A stretch of 64,000 nucleotides of DNA from an uncultured Fimbriimonadaceae bacterium (GTDB taxonomy: Bacteria; Armatimonadota; Fimbriimonadia; Fimbriimonadales; Fimbriimonadaceae): positions 2,122 to 66,121 of the forward strand of contig CALGMO010000082.1 of NCBI GenBank assembly GCA_937961665.1. The letters run 5' to 3'. The translations under genes were made by a program, and so were the position numbers. This document shows, one piece after another, positions 55,032-63,183 of this stretch; positions within the stretch are counted from its first letter, which is position 1, and every line of letters starts with the position of its first letter. The notes beneath the pieces are model-generated. The model searched no databases. It was given only the letters and a program-made list of their open reading frames with translations, and was not told the DNA's origin.

Positions 55032-55901
55032 ATGGATACCTTTCCCCGCACCGTCGTCGGCGGCGTGTCGATGCCGCGGCTGATCATCGGCACCAACTGG
55101 TTCCGCGGCTACTCCCACACCAGCCTGGCCAAGGACCGGTTCATCGTCGAGTACCAGGACGCCAAGCGCGTGGCGGCGGTCGTGTCGGTGTTCCTGGAGG
55201 CGGGCATCGACGCCGTGATGGGCGGCGACATGAGGGGCCCCATGAAGGACGCCCTGGCCGAGGCCGAGCAGAAGGCCGGCCGCGCCGTGATCCGCATCGT
55301 CACCCCGCACTTCAACATCAAGCCGGGCGGCCCGCCGGAGATGGAGCCGGAGCGCGTGTTCGACGACGTGAAGGCCCAGGGAGCGACGTTCTGCATGCCG
55401 CACCAGGCGGTCACCGACGCGCTGATCGACCGTCGGGACGGCGTCATCCGCGACATCGGCGTCTACACGAGGATGATCCGCGAGCGGGGCATGATCCCGG
55501 GCCTCTCCACGCACATGCCCGAGGCGATCCCCTACACCGACAACAACGGCTACGACATCGAGACCTACATCCAGATCTACAACGCGGCCGGCTTCCTGAT
55601 GCAGGTCGAGGCGGACTGGGTGATGCGCGTGATCCGGAACGCCGCCAAGCCCGTGATGACCATCAAGCCGCTGGCCGCAGGCCGCCTCCTGCCGCCCGTC
55701 GGTCTGGCGTTCGTCTGGAACACCATCCGGGACCAGGACATGGTCACCATCGGCTGCACCACGCCGGACGAGGCTAGGGAGGTCATCGAGCTCTCGCTCG
55801 ACTTTCTGGAGAGGCGCCTGCCCGCCAACGAGCTGCAGCGCACGCGCAGCAAGAAGAGCTTGGAGAGCTCGTTCGTGTACCGCGCGCCCGGCGAGGCCTG
55901 A
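55032..55901 (+). CDS. Conserved-looking hypothetical protein (no family recognised)
   Basis: Balanced composition (MDTFPRTVVGGVSMPRLIIGTNWFRGYSHTS...). ATG at 55032 has GAGG upstream, and the track ORF begins at GTG 55008. It starts only 22-46 nt after infA. Confidence 0.6.
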   Translation: MDTFPRTVVGGVSMPRLIIGTNWFRGYSHTSLAKDRFIVEYQDAKRVAAVVSVFLEAGIDAVMGGDMRGPMKDALAEAEQKAGRAVIRIVTPHFNIKPGGPPEMEPERVFDDVKAQGATFCMPHQAVTDALIDRRDGVIRDIGVYTRMIRERGMIPGLSTHMPEAIPYTDNNGYDIETYIQIYNAAGFLMQVEADWVMRVIRNAAKPVMTIKPLAAGRLLPPVGLAFVWNTIRDQDMVTIGCTTPDEAREVIELSLDFLERRLPANELQRTRSKKSLESSFVYRAPGEA

Positions 55902-55928
55902 ACCAGAGCCAGCGGACATACTGGCGGC

Positions 55929-57143
55929 ATGCTCTGCGCCCTCGCCCTGCTCGCCGCCGGCAACCTCTCGGTGCCGTCCTTCACGGCCTATGCGCGGCCC
56001 GATCCCGAGTCGCTCCGCTTTGGGCGCGAGGGCGTTTCGGGCTGGACGAACCCGTCGGCCCGCTTGGTCTGGCACGGCTGGTTTCCGGGCGGCGGGTCGG
56101 TGCGGGCGGCGGTGCGCCTGGATCTGCCACCTGGCTCGGCGGCCCGGCTCGAGCTATCCGTCGGACGGCGGTCGGCGCGCGCCGAGGCGTCCGGCAGGGA
56201 GGGCGAGGAGACCGTGGACTTCGGCGACTTTCCCCTGCCGGGCCGGGAGGGATGGGTCGCATTCGAGCTGTCCTGCCGCGGCCCCCTTGCCGCCGACGCC
56301 CGGGTGCTGTCCCTCGAGCTTTCGGGCGACAAGGCCGGCCAGGCTCGGTTCAATCTGACCGAGCGTCGCAACGCAGCGTCGGTGCACATCGGCTACCCGC
56401 TTCCGGACGGCGCGCGGGCGGCGTGGTTCTACAACGAGGTTGAGGCCGTCACCGACCCCCTGCACACCTTCTACATGGCGTGCGGCTTTCGGCGCGGCTA
56501 CTTCGGCATGCAGGTGAACAGCCTGACGGAGCGGCGCGTGATCTTCTCCGTATGGGACAGCGGGGACGAGGCGGTCGACCGGTCCCGGGTGCCGGAGGAG
56601 AACCGCGTGCGCCTGCTCCGCAAGGGGCCCGGCGTGTTCGCGGGCGACTTCGGCAACGAGGGCACGGGCGGGCACTCGCACGCCAAGGTCCCCTGGGTCG
56701 CCGGCAGACGCTACGCGTTCCTGCTGAACGCGCGGCCGGTCGGCGACAAGACCGTCTACACGGCTTGGTACCGCCCGGTGGGCGAGCCCCGATGGACGCT
56801 GGTGGCGTCGTTCCTCGCGCCCAAGGACGGCCGCTTCCTCGAGGGCCTGCACAGCTTCAACGAGAACTTCTGGGGCACGAACGGCGACCTTCTGCGCCGC
56901 GCGCTGTTCGGCCCGGCGTGGATCCGCACGCCGGAGGGAACGTGGCTGGAGCTGACCGAGGCCCGCTTCACCCACGATGGCCACGGCCGGGAGAACCGCT
57001 TGGACTACTCTCTGCGCGTCGTGGACGGCCGCTTCGAGCTCTCGAACGGCGGGTTCGTCGGCGGCGGGGTGCGGTACGGCGACCGTCTGCGGAGGCCCGC
57101 GGCCGGGCGGCCACCGGTCTTGGGGTCCTTGTTCAGGGAGTAG
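55929..57143 (+). CDS. DUF5077 + DUF3472 domain protein (secreted, glycan-associated family of unknown function)
   Basis: The C-terminal half reads ...HTFYMACGFRRGYFGMQVNS...RVIFSVWDSGDEA...GGHSH...YTAWYR...WTLVASF, which I recognise as the DUF3472 pattern. N-terminal signal-like segment. Confidence 0.65.
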   Translation: MLCALALLAAGNLSVPSFTAYARPDPESLRFGREGVSGWTNPSARLVWHGWFPGGGSVRAAVRLDLPPGSAARLELSVGRRSARAEASGREGEETVDFGDFPLPGREGWVAFELSCRGPLAADARVLSLELSGDKAGQARFNLTERRNAASVHIGYPLPDGARAAWFYNEVEAVTDPLHTFYMACGFRRGYFGMQVNSLTERRVIFSVWDSGDEAVDRSRVPEENRVRLLRKGPGVFAGDFGNEGTGGHSHAKVPWVAGRRYAFLLNARPVGDKTVYTAWYRPVGEPRWTLVASFLAPKDGRFLEGLHSFNENFWGTNGDLLRRALFGPAWIRTPEGTWLELTEARFTHDGHGRENRLDYSLRVVDGRFELSNGGFVGGGVRYGDRLRRPAAGRPPVLGSLFRE

Positions 57144-57153
57144 ACTCCCGCCC

Positions 57154-58227
57154 ATGGCAGTCTGGGATTCGGGCGACGCGCCTCGCGGCTTGGAGCTGCA
57201 CGGGCCGCCGAGCCGCACGGAGGGCCGGGTGGAGCGGCGGGACGGCGCCTTGGCGCTCCACTACGGGATGTGCGGCGCCCGGTTCCGCTTCGAGGGGCCG
57301 CTGTTGGCGCTCGTGCTCCAGGACGACGAGTACGGCGGACCCAACACCGTGGGGGTGAGGATCGACGGCGGGCCGGAGCTGGTGCTGCCCTGCCAACCCG
57401 ACGGGAGGGCGAGGCTGCACCTCGCCGCAGCCGACTTGGAGCCGGGCTGGCACGAGGCGCACGTGTACCGTCGCTCGGCCGCCTGGCGGGGAACGCTGCT
57501 GTGGCGCGGGATCGCGTTGGCCAGGGGCCGCGCGGTTGCAGAGGCGCCCGCGGCGGAGGAGGGCCCGGCGCTCGAGATGTACGGCGACTCGGTGCTCGCG
57601 GGCGAGGCGGTGGAGCACGTCGGCTTCGAGGAGCGGGAGGACTCGGTGGCTCTGGAGCACAGCTACGCGGGGCCGGAGGATCGCGCGACCAACGCCTGGT
57701 GGGGCTATGGGGCGATCGTGGCGCGGAGGCTGGGGTGCCGGGCCAGCATCCAAGGGATCGGGGGCCTGAGCCTTCTCGACGGCACCGGGTGGTACTGCCA
57801 TCCCGAGGCGGTGGGCCTGGAGTCCACGTTCGACAAGGCCTGTCCGATCCCTGGACGGATGACGCCCTGGGACTTCTCCCTCTTCCGGGCGGACTGGGTG
57901 CTGATCGGGATCGGTCAGAACGATGCGAACGGCGGCCGCCCGCGCGATCCTGACTTCCGCGACCGCTGGAAGGAGACCTACCTGCGGGTGATCGGGCGCC
58001 TGCGAGAGGAGCACGGCGGCCCGCGGTTTCTGCTGTTCACCACCATCCTGATGCACGACCCCGTATGGGACGAGCTGCTGGACGAGGTGGCGGCGGAGGC
58101 CGGCCAAGGGGTGTTGCGCCACCGCTTCCGGCGCAACGGATCGGCGACGCCGGGCCACCCGCGGATCGCGGAGCAGATCGAGATGGCGGAGGAGCTCGCC
58201 GGAGCGATCCGAAGCGAACTCCAATGA
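57154..58227 (+). CDS. SGNH/GDSL-type hydrolase with N-terminal beta-sandwich (carbohydrate-esterase-like)
   Basis: The internal Met start (MAVWDSG) is used. Block I is EMYGDSVLAG, block III is IGIGQNDAN, and the C-terminal PGHP is a candidate catalytic His. Confidence 0.65.
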   Translation: MAVWDSGDAPRGLELHGPPSRTEGRVERRDGALALHYGMCGARFRFEGPLLALVLQDDEYGGPNTVGVRIDGGPELVLPCQPDGRARLHLAAADLEPGWHEAHVYRRSAAWRGTLLWRGIALARGRAVAEAPAAEEGPALEMYGDSVLAGEAVEHVGFEEREDSVALEHSYAGPEDRATNAWWGYGAIVARRLGCRASIQGIGGLSLLDGTGWYCHPEAVGLESTFDKACPIPGRMTPWDFSLFRADWVLIGIGQNDANGGRPRDPDFRDRWKETYLRVIGRLREEHGGPRFLLFTTILMHDPVWDELLDEVAAEAGQGVLRHRFRRNGSATPGHPRIAEQIEMAEELAGAIRSELQ

Positions 58228-58287
58228 CCGCCCCCAGGACGGGCTCGGAGAGGCATCCTTGCGGGCGGTCATCGGGCAAAATGGGCC

Positions 58288-59130
58288 ATGGAAGGCGGCT
58301 TCCTGCGCCAACTGGCCGTCGTGGCGGCCGCCCTGGCGGCGGCGTGCCCCTGCGCCAAGACGCTCGTCACGGAGGCGAAGATTCTGAAGGTCACGGAGCG
58401 CGGGTACGTGCTGTCGGTGGGGACCCAGCCGCTCGCCGTCGAGGACACGCCCGCCACCAAGCGGTGGGCCGCCCGGAAGCCCGCGGAGCGGGGAGCGTTC
58501 GGCGAGGGGTCGCTGGTGGTGGTGCGCCTGAACGTGGACACCGACCCTCCCACCCTCCGCGAGATCGCCGACCGGGAGACGCAGACCTGGCTGGACGGCA
58601 TCCGGAAGAACTTCGTGAAGGGCAAGATCGAGAGCCGCGACCCCAAGTACCTGGTGCTGCGGCTGGACGACGGCTCGGCGTTCGCCTACCGGGCCACGGA
58701 CAAGTCCAAGCTGGAGCTGCAGGGCAAGCCCGTGGCCACGCTGGCGGACCTCGAGCCGGGCATGACGGTTTGGGCCAAGGGCCGGCTGCTGCCCACGCTG
58801 GACACCTGGCTGGCGGAGCTTCGGGACACCCCGCCGGCCGTCCAACCGAAGGCGCCGAAGGCTCCGGAGCGGCCCAAGCTCCAGCCGCTCCCCCAGGCGG
58901 GCACTCTGCAGGGCACGGTCCGAAGCGCCTCGCCGTCGCTCCGCCTGCTCGAGGTGGAGGCGCAGGGACGAACGCTCCATTTCGTGTGCCCGCAGGGCTG
59001 CGAGTTTCGAGGCCCGGGCGGAAGGATCGCCCTCGAAGGGCTGAAGGCGGGCGCCACGGTCAAGGTCGCCTACCGGCGCGACTCCCAAGGCCGGTTGCTG
59101 GCGTCGTCCGTCGAGGTCGGGGGCCCGTAG
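58288..59130 (+). CDS. Exported hypothetical protein with repeated small beta-barrel (DUF5666-like) segments
   Basis: Signal/lipobox-like LAVVAAALAAACPC. Repeated G..V.V.....G.L.A segments (GMTVWAKGRLLP, GATVKVAYRRDSQGRLLASSVEV). The assignment is weak. Confidence 0.5.
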   Translation: MEGGFLRQLAVVAAALAAACPCAKTLVTEAKILKVTERGYVLSVGTQPLAVEDTPATKRWAARKPAERGAFGEGSLVVVRLNVDTDPPTLREIADRETQTWLDGIRKNFVKGKIESRDPKYLVLRLDDGSAFAYRATDKSKLELQGKPVATLADLEPGMTVWAKGRLLPTLDTWLAELRDTPPAVQPKAPKAPERPKLQPLPQAGTLQGTVRSASPSLRLLEVEAQGRTLHFVCPQGCEFRGPGGRIALEGLKAGATVKVAYRRDSQGRLLASSVEVGGP

Positions 59131-59289
59131 GCGTCTCGAACCTTTTGCAACTCGGATCGTCCAACCCGTGTAGGGTATAGTGCGACACTTCAACGGATTG
59201 GCACGGGCCGTGCAGGGAAGCTGTTCATCGGCGGAACGTGCCGCGCCGAAGCTGGAACGAGCGGCGCGGGCGGGCCGGCACAGCAGCGG

Positions 59290-60147
59290 ATGGCGCATTT
59301 GATGCAGTTCGAAGATCACGACGACGGTGTGCCCAGCTACCTCAACCGGCTGACGCAGGCCCCCCTGCTGTCGCCAGCTGAGGAACAGGAGCTCGCACGC
59401 GCCGCCCGGGCCGGCGACCGCGCCGCGCGGCAGCGCCTCATCGAGTCGAACATGCGTCTGGTGATCAACATCGCCAAGACGTACAAGGTCCGCTCCATCT
59501 CGCTGGAGGATCTGATCCAAGAGGGCGCGATCGGGCTGATGCAGGCCGCGGACCGCTTCGATCCCGAAAAGGGCTTCCGTTTCTCCACTTACGCCACCCA
59601 CTGGATCCGGCAGGCCATCGGGCGGGCGATCGACAACAAGGCCAAGGCGATCCGTCTGCCTGCGCACGTCAGCCAGTCCCTGCGGCGCATCGAGAAGGAG
59701 CGCCTGCGCCTGATGCGCGAGCTGGGCAGGGAGCCGAGCACCGAGCAGCTGTCGCAGGCCTTGGGCTGCACCACCAAGAAGCTGCTCGCCATCCTCCAGT
59801 GCTCCCAGGAGCTGTTGAGCCTGGACATGGGAACCTCGGACGGCTCGGGATCCACGCTCGGCGCGCTCATCAGCGACCCGGACTACGTCGACCCCGAGCA
59901 GCAGGTCTGCTACCGCGAGCTGATCGGCGAGCTGGTGAAGCTGCTGTCGGAGCTGACCGACCGGGAGAGGGACATCATCCTTCGCCGCTACCACCTGGTG
60001 GAGGGTTCCGAGAACCTGCAGCAGGAGGACGTCGCCCGCGAGTTCCAGCTCTCCCGCGAGCGCATCCGCCAGATCGAGAACCAGGCGATGAAGAAGCTCC
60101 GCACGATCGCCCAGCGGAGGCGCCTCCGGGAGATGCTCAACGGATAG
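59290..60147 (+). CDS. Sigma-70 family RNA polymerase sigma factor (regions 1.2-4, no region 1.1; group 2/3-like)
   Basis: Region 2 reads RLIESNMRLVINIAKTY...LIQEGAIGLMQAADRFDPEKGFRFSTYATHWIRQAI. Region 4 reads DVAREFQLSRERIRQIENQAMKKLR. Confidence 0.9.
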   Translation: MAHLMQFEDHDDGVPSYLNRLTQAPLLSPAEEQELARAARAGDRAARQRLIESNMRLVINIAKTYKVRSISLEDLIQEGAIGLMQAADRFDPEKGFRFSTYATHWIRQAIGRAIDNKAKAIRLPAHVSQSLRRIEKERLRLMRELGREPSTEQLSQALGCTTKKLLAILQCSQELLSLDMGTSDGSGSTLGALISDPDYVDPEQQVCYRELIGELVKLLSELTDRERDIILRRYHLVEGSENLQQEDVAREFQLSRERIRQIENQAMKKLRTIAQRRRLREMLNG

Positions 60148-60207
60148 CCTCCGTCCTGAATCCGCGCCGCGACTTCTGCCATCCTTAGGGTTCGACCGAG
60201 TTCCACG

Positions 60208-60882
60208 ATGGACTTCCCCGCGCAGGCCCTCGACTTCTTCATCCACCTGGACAAGCACCTGGGCGAGGTGCTCAAGCAGTACAGCACCGGCACCTATCTG
60301 ATCCTGTTCGCCATCGTGTTCTGCGAGACGGGCCTGGTGGTGACGCCGTTCCTGCCCGGAGACTCGCTGCTGTTCGGCGCCGGCGTTCTCGCCTCTCGCA
60401 CGGGCGAGCTGAACCCTTGGCTGCTGGCTCTGGTGTTCGTGACGGCGGCCCTGGCCGGGGACAACGCGAACTACTTCATCGGCAAGGCGCTGGGGCCGAG
60501 GCTCTTCCGCAACGAGAACTCCAAGCTCTTCCAGCGCAAGCACCTGGACCGCACGCACGCCTTCTTCGAACGGTACGGGTCGAAGACCATCGTGATCGCC
60601 CGCTTCGTGCCGATCGTGCGCACCTTCGCGCCGTTCGTGGCCGGCATGGGGCGCATGACGTACCGGAGGTTCCTGGCCTACAGCGTCCTGGGGGCCTGCC
60701 TCTGGGTCGGGATCTTCGTGTTCGGCGGGTTCTTCTTCGGGCGGTCCCGCGTGGTCGAGGAGAACTTCACCGTCGCGATCCTGGCGGTCATCGCGATCTC
60801 GCTTCTGCCGGCCGCCTGGGAGGTGCTGCAACACTACCGAAGGAGGAGAGCCGCGGCGGCCGGTTCCGGAGCGGTGCGGTAA
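60208..60882 (+). CDS. DedA family membrane protein
   Basis: ETGLVVTPFLPGDSLLF, NANYFIGKALG and ARFVPIVRTFAPFVAG are hallmark DedA/SNARE-associated motifs. Confidence 0.88.
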   Translation: MDFPAQALDFFIHLDKHLGEVLKQYSTGTYLILFAIVFCETGLVVTPFLPGDSLLFGAGVLASRTGELNPWLLALVFVTAALAGDNANYFIGKALGPRLFRNENSKLFQRKHLDRTHAFFERYGSKTIVIARFVPIVRTFAPFVAGMGRMTYRRFLAYSVLGACLWVGIFVFGGFFFGRSRVVEENFTVAILAVIAISLLPAAWEVLQHYRRRRAAAAGSGAVR

Positions 60883-60894
60883 CATTTCCGAGCG

Positions 60895-61635
60895 TTGAGT
60901 CCCAGCCATTTGTCGGTGATCGTTCCGGCCTACAACGAGGAGGAGCGCCTCGGCCGTACCCTCGACCGGCTGAGGGAGTACTTCGAGGCCCAGCCCTATC
61001 GCTGGACCGTGACGGTGGTGAGCGACGGGAGCACCGACCGAACGGCGGACATCGTCGAGGAGTTCCGAGCCAAGGACCCTCGGTTCCAGCTGAAGGCCTA
61101 CGAGCCGAACCGGGGAAAGGGCTACGCCGTCCGGACCGGCATGCTCGAGGCCGAGGGCGACCTGCTCCTGTTCAGCGACGCCGACCTCGCCACCCCGATC
61201 GAGGAGCTGGAGAAGCTTCTGCCCGCCATCGAGGCCGGGGCGGACATCGCCATCGGCAGCCGCCCGCTGCGCGAGAGCAGGCTGGAGGTCAGGCAGCCCC
61301 TCTACCGCGAGCTGCTCGGAAGGCTGTTCAACAAGGCGGTGCAGCTCCTGGCGGTCCGAGGCATCCAGGACACCCAGTGCGGCTTCAAGCTGTTCACCCG
61401 GCGAGCGGCCCACGAGGTGTTCTCGCGGTGCAGGCTGGACGGCTTCAGCTTCGACTTCGAGGCGCTGCTGATCGCCCGCGACCTGGGCCTCAAGGTGGCG
61501 GAGGTTCCGATCCGCTGGCGGCACCAGGAAGGATCGAAGGTGGTCCTCCTGCGGGACGGCCCCCGGATGCTGCGCGATCTGGTGTGGCTGAGGTTGCGGG
61601 GCCGGCGCAAGCGGTTGGAAGCGCGTGCACGCTGA
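60895..61635 (+). CDS. GT2 polyprenyl/dolichyl-phosphate glycosyltransferase-like protein
   Basis: LSVIVPAYNEE, VVSDGSTD, the DxD region FSDADL and QCGFKLF. TTG start in the track. Confidence 0.82.
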   Translation: MSPSHLSVIVPAYNEEERLGRTLDRLREYFEAQPYRWTVTVVSDGSTDRTADIVEEFRAKDPRFQLKAYEPNRGKGYAVRTGMLEAEGDLLLFSDADLATPIEELEKLLPAIEAGADIAIGSRPLRESRLEVRQPLYRELLGRLFNKAVQLLAVRGIQDTQCGFKLFTRRAAHEVFSRCRLDGFSFDFEALLIARDLGLKVAEVPIRWRHQEGSKVVLLRDGPRMLRDLVWLRLRGRRKRLEARAR

Positions 61636-62362
61636 CGAGTACGCCCGGATGTTCGAGCTGGAGGACCGCTACTGGTGGTTCGTCGCGCGACGCCGCCTGG
61701 CCCTCGCCCTCCTGCGCGACGCCCTCGGCGCCGAGAGGCCGCGCGTGCTCGACCTGGGGTGCGGCACGGGGGTCGTGCTGGGCGAGCTGGAGGGCTGGGC
61801 CGAGCCGGTCGGGTTGGACTTCAGCCCGCTGGCCCTCGGCTTCTGCCGCCGCAGGGGGCTGCGCCGGCTGGTCGCGGCCCGGGGCGAGAGCCTTCCTCTG
61901 CGCACGTCGTCGTTCGACGCCGTGCTGGCGCTGGACATCCTGGAGCACATCCCCGACGACGAGGCCGCGTTCCGCGAGGCGTACCGGGTGCTGCGTCCCG
62001 GTGGCGCGCTGGTGCTCAGCGTCCCCGCCTTCCGTGTTCTATGGGGCCCGCACGACGTGGCGCTCATGCACCAGCGGCGCTATCGGCTTCCGGAGATCGC
62101 GCAGAGGCTCGAGCAAGCCGGGTTCCGGGTGCGGCGGATCTCGTATTCGATCTTCCTGCTCTTTCCGATCGTTCTGCTGATCCGGTTGGCGGAGAAGCTC
62201 AAGCGGGGCGAGGCCAAGGCGTCGCTGCCGCGCGTTCCGGGCTGGCTGAACCGCCTTCTGGTAGGCTTGCAGGCTGTCGAGACGGGCTGGATCCGCCGTC
62301 GTCGCCTGCCTTGGGGGAGCAGCGTCGTGGCGGTGGCGGTCAAGCCCCTGCAGGAGCCATGA
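61625..62362 (+). CDS. Class I SAM-dependent methyltransferase with C-terminal hydrophobic segment
   Basis: VLDLGCGTG motif I, LRPGGALVLSVP, and a late TM-like YSIFLLFPIVLLIRL. The GTG start overlaps the GT2 gene by 11 nt. Confidence 0.78.
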   Translation: MHADEYARMFELEDRYWWFVARRRLALALLRDALGAERPRVLDLGCGTGVVLGELEGWAEPVGLDFSPLALGFCRRRGLRRLVAARGESLPLRTSSFDAVLALDILEHIPDDEAAFREAYRVLRPGGALVLSVPAFRVLWGPHDVALMHQRRYRLPEIAQRLEQAGFRVRRISYSIFLLFPIVLLIRLAEKLKRGEAKASLPRVPGWLNRLLVGLQAVETGWIRRRRLPWGSSVVAVAVKPLQEP

Positions 62363-63183
62363 GCCACGTCCTCGGAAGCATTCCGTTCGTGAACGGCGCG
62401 CCCCTCGTCCATCCGTTCCGCCGGCTCGGCGACAGGTCGCCCGTGAGCGTGGTGGAGGCGGTGCCCTCCCAGCTGCCGGAGCTGCTGGAGTCGGGCCAGG
62501 CCGAGGCCATCCTGGTGTCCAGCATCGACGCGCTCCGCACGCCGGGGCGGACGGTTTGCGGGGGGGTCTGCATCGGCACGCGGGGCATGGTCGAGAGCGT
62601 GCGGCTGTTCAGCAAGGTCCCTTTCGACCGGATCTCCACGCTGGCCGAGGACGCCAGCTCGATGACCTCGAACGCGCTCGCCAAGGTGATCCTGGCGGAG
62701 TCGTACGGCGTGCGCCCGGCCACCACGACGTTCCCCCCGAGCCTGTACACGATGCTGGAGGCGTGCGACGCCTGCGTGCTGATCGGCGACGTCGGTATGG
62801 CCGCCGACGGCAGCGGGCTGTACGTGCTGGACCTGGGCCAGGCCTGGGTCGCGCTCACCGGGCTGCCGTTCGTGTGGGCGCTTTGCGTGGGCGACGAGCG
62901 GCTGACGCCGGAGATGGCGGGCTGGATGAACTGGGCGCGCGTACAGTCGGGCTGCGGCGCGGACGCGGAGCGGCCGCCCGACGAGGAGCTGATCCGGAGC
63001 GCGGCCGAGCGCGCGGGCATGGACTTCGACCGGGTGCGCCGCTACCTCACGGTCACGATGTCCTACCGCTTGGACGAGTCCTTCTGGGAGGGGCTCGAGA
63101 CCTTCGGCCGGCTCCTGGAGCGTCGGGGCATCGTGCCGCGCTACAGGATTCCGAAGGTCGTCGAGCCCGTCGCCGTCGGCTAG
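62359..63183 (+). CDS. mqnA: Chorismate dehydratase MqnA (futalosine pathway of menaquinone synthesis)
   Basis: The internal Met start overlaps the upstream stop (ATGA 62359-62362). LGSIPFVNGAPL..., the periplasmic-binding-protein-like fold pattern and PFVWALCV are typical of MqnA/DUF178. Confidence 0.72.
   Translation: MSHVLGSIPFVNGAPLVHPFRRLGDRSPVSVVEAVPSQLPELLESGQAEAILVSSIDALRTPGRTVCGGVCIGTRGMVESVRLFSKVPFDRISTLAEDASSMTSNALAKVILAESYGVRPATTTFPPSLYTMLEACDACVLIGDVGMAADGSGLYVLDLGQAWVALTGLPFVWALCVGDERLTPEMAGWMNWARVQSGCGADAERPPDEELIRSAAERAGMDFDRVRRYLTVTMSYRLDESFWEGLETFGRLLERRGIVPRYRIPKVVEPVAVG

Noticed and set aside
59131-59289. Possible structured leader or promoter upstream of the sigma-factor gene: TATAGT at 59176-59181, a palindrome GCACGGGCCGTGC around 59201-59213, and an interrupted hairpin GTGCCG-CGCCG...CGGCG-(9-nt bulge)-CGGCAC at 59238-59281
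   Set aside because: There is no acceptable -35 element at proper spacing. GC-rich inverted repeats of this size are expected by chance in this composition, and the hairpin needs a 9-nt bulge. It is worth 5'-end mapping but not supportable as a feature.
57133-61524. A 1463-aa ORF on the minus strand spanning six plus-strand genes
   Set aside because: Its composition is extremely Arg/Gly/Pro/Ala/Leu-rich with no recognisable motifs. It lies antisense to genes with unmistakable family signatures (sigma-70, DedA, GT2, SGNH). This is the typical stop-free shadow frame of very GC-rich DNA.
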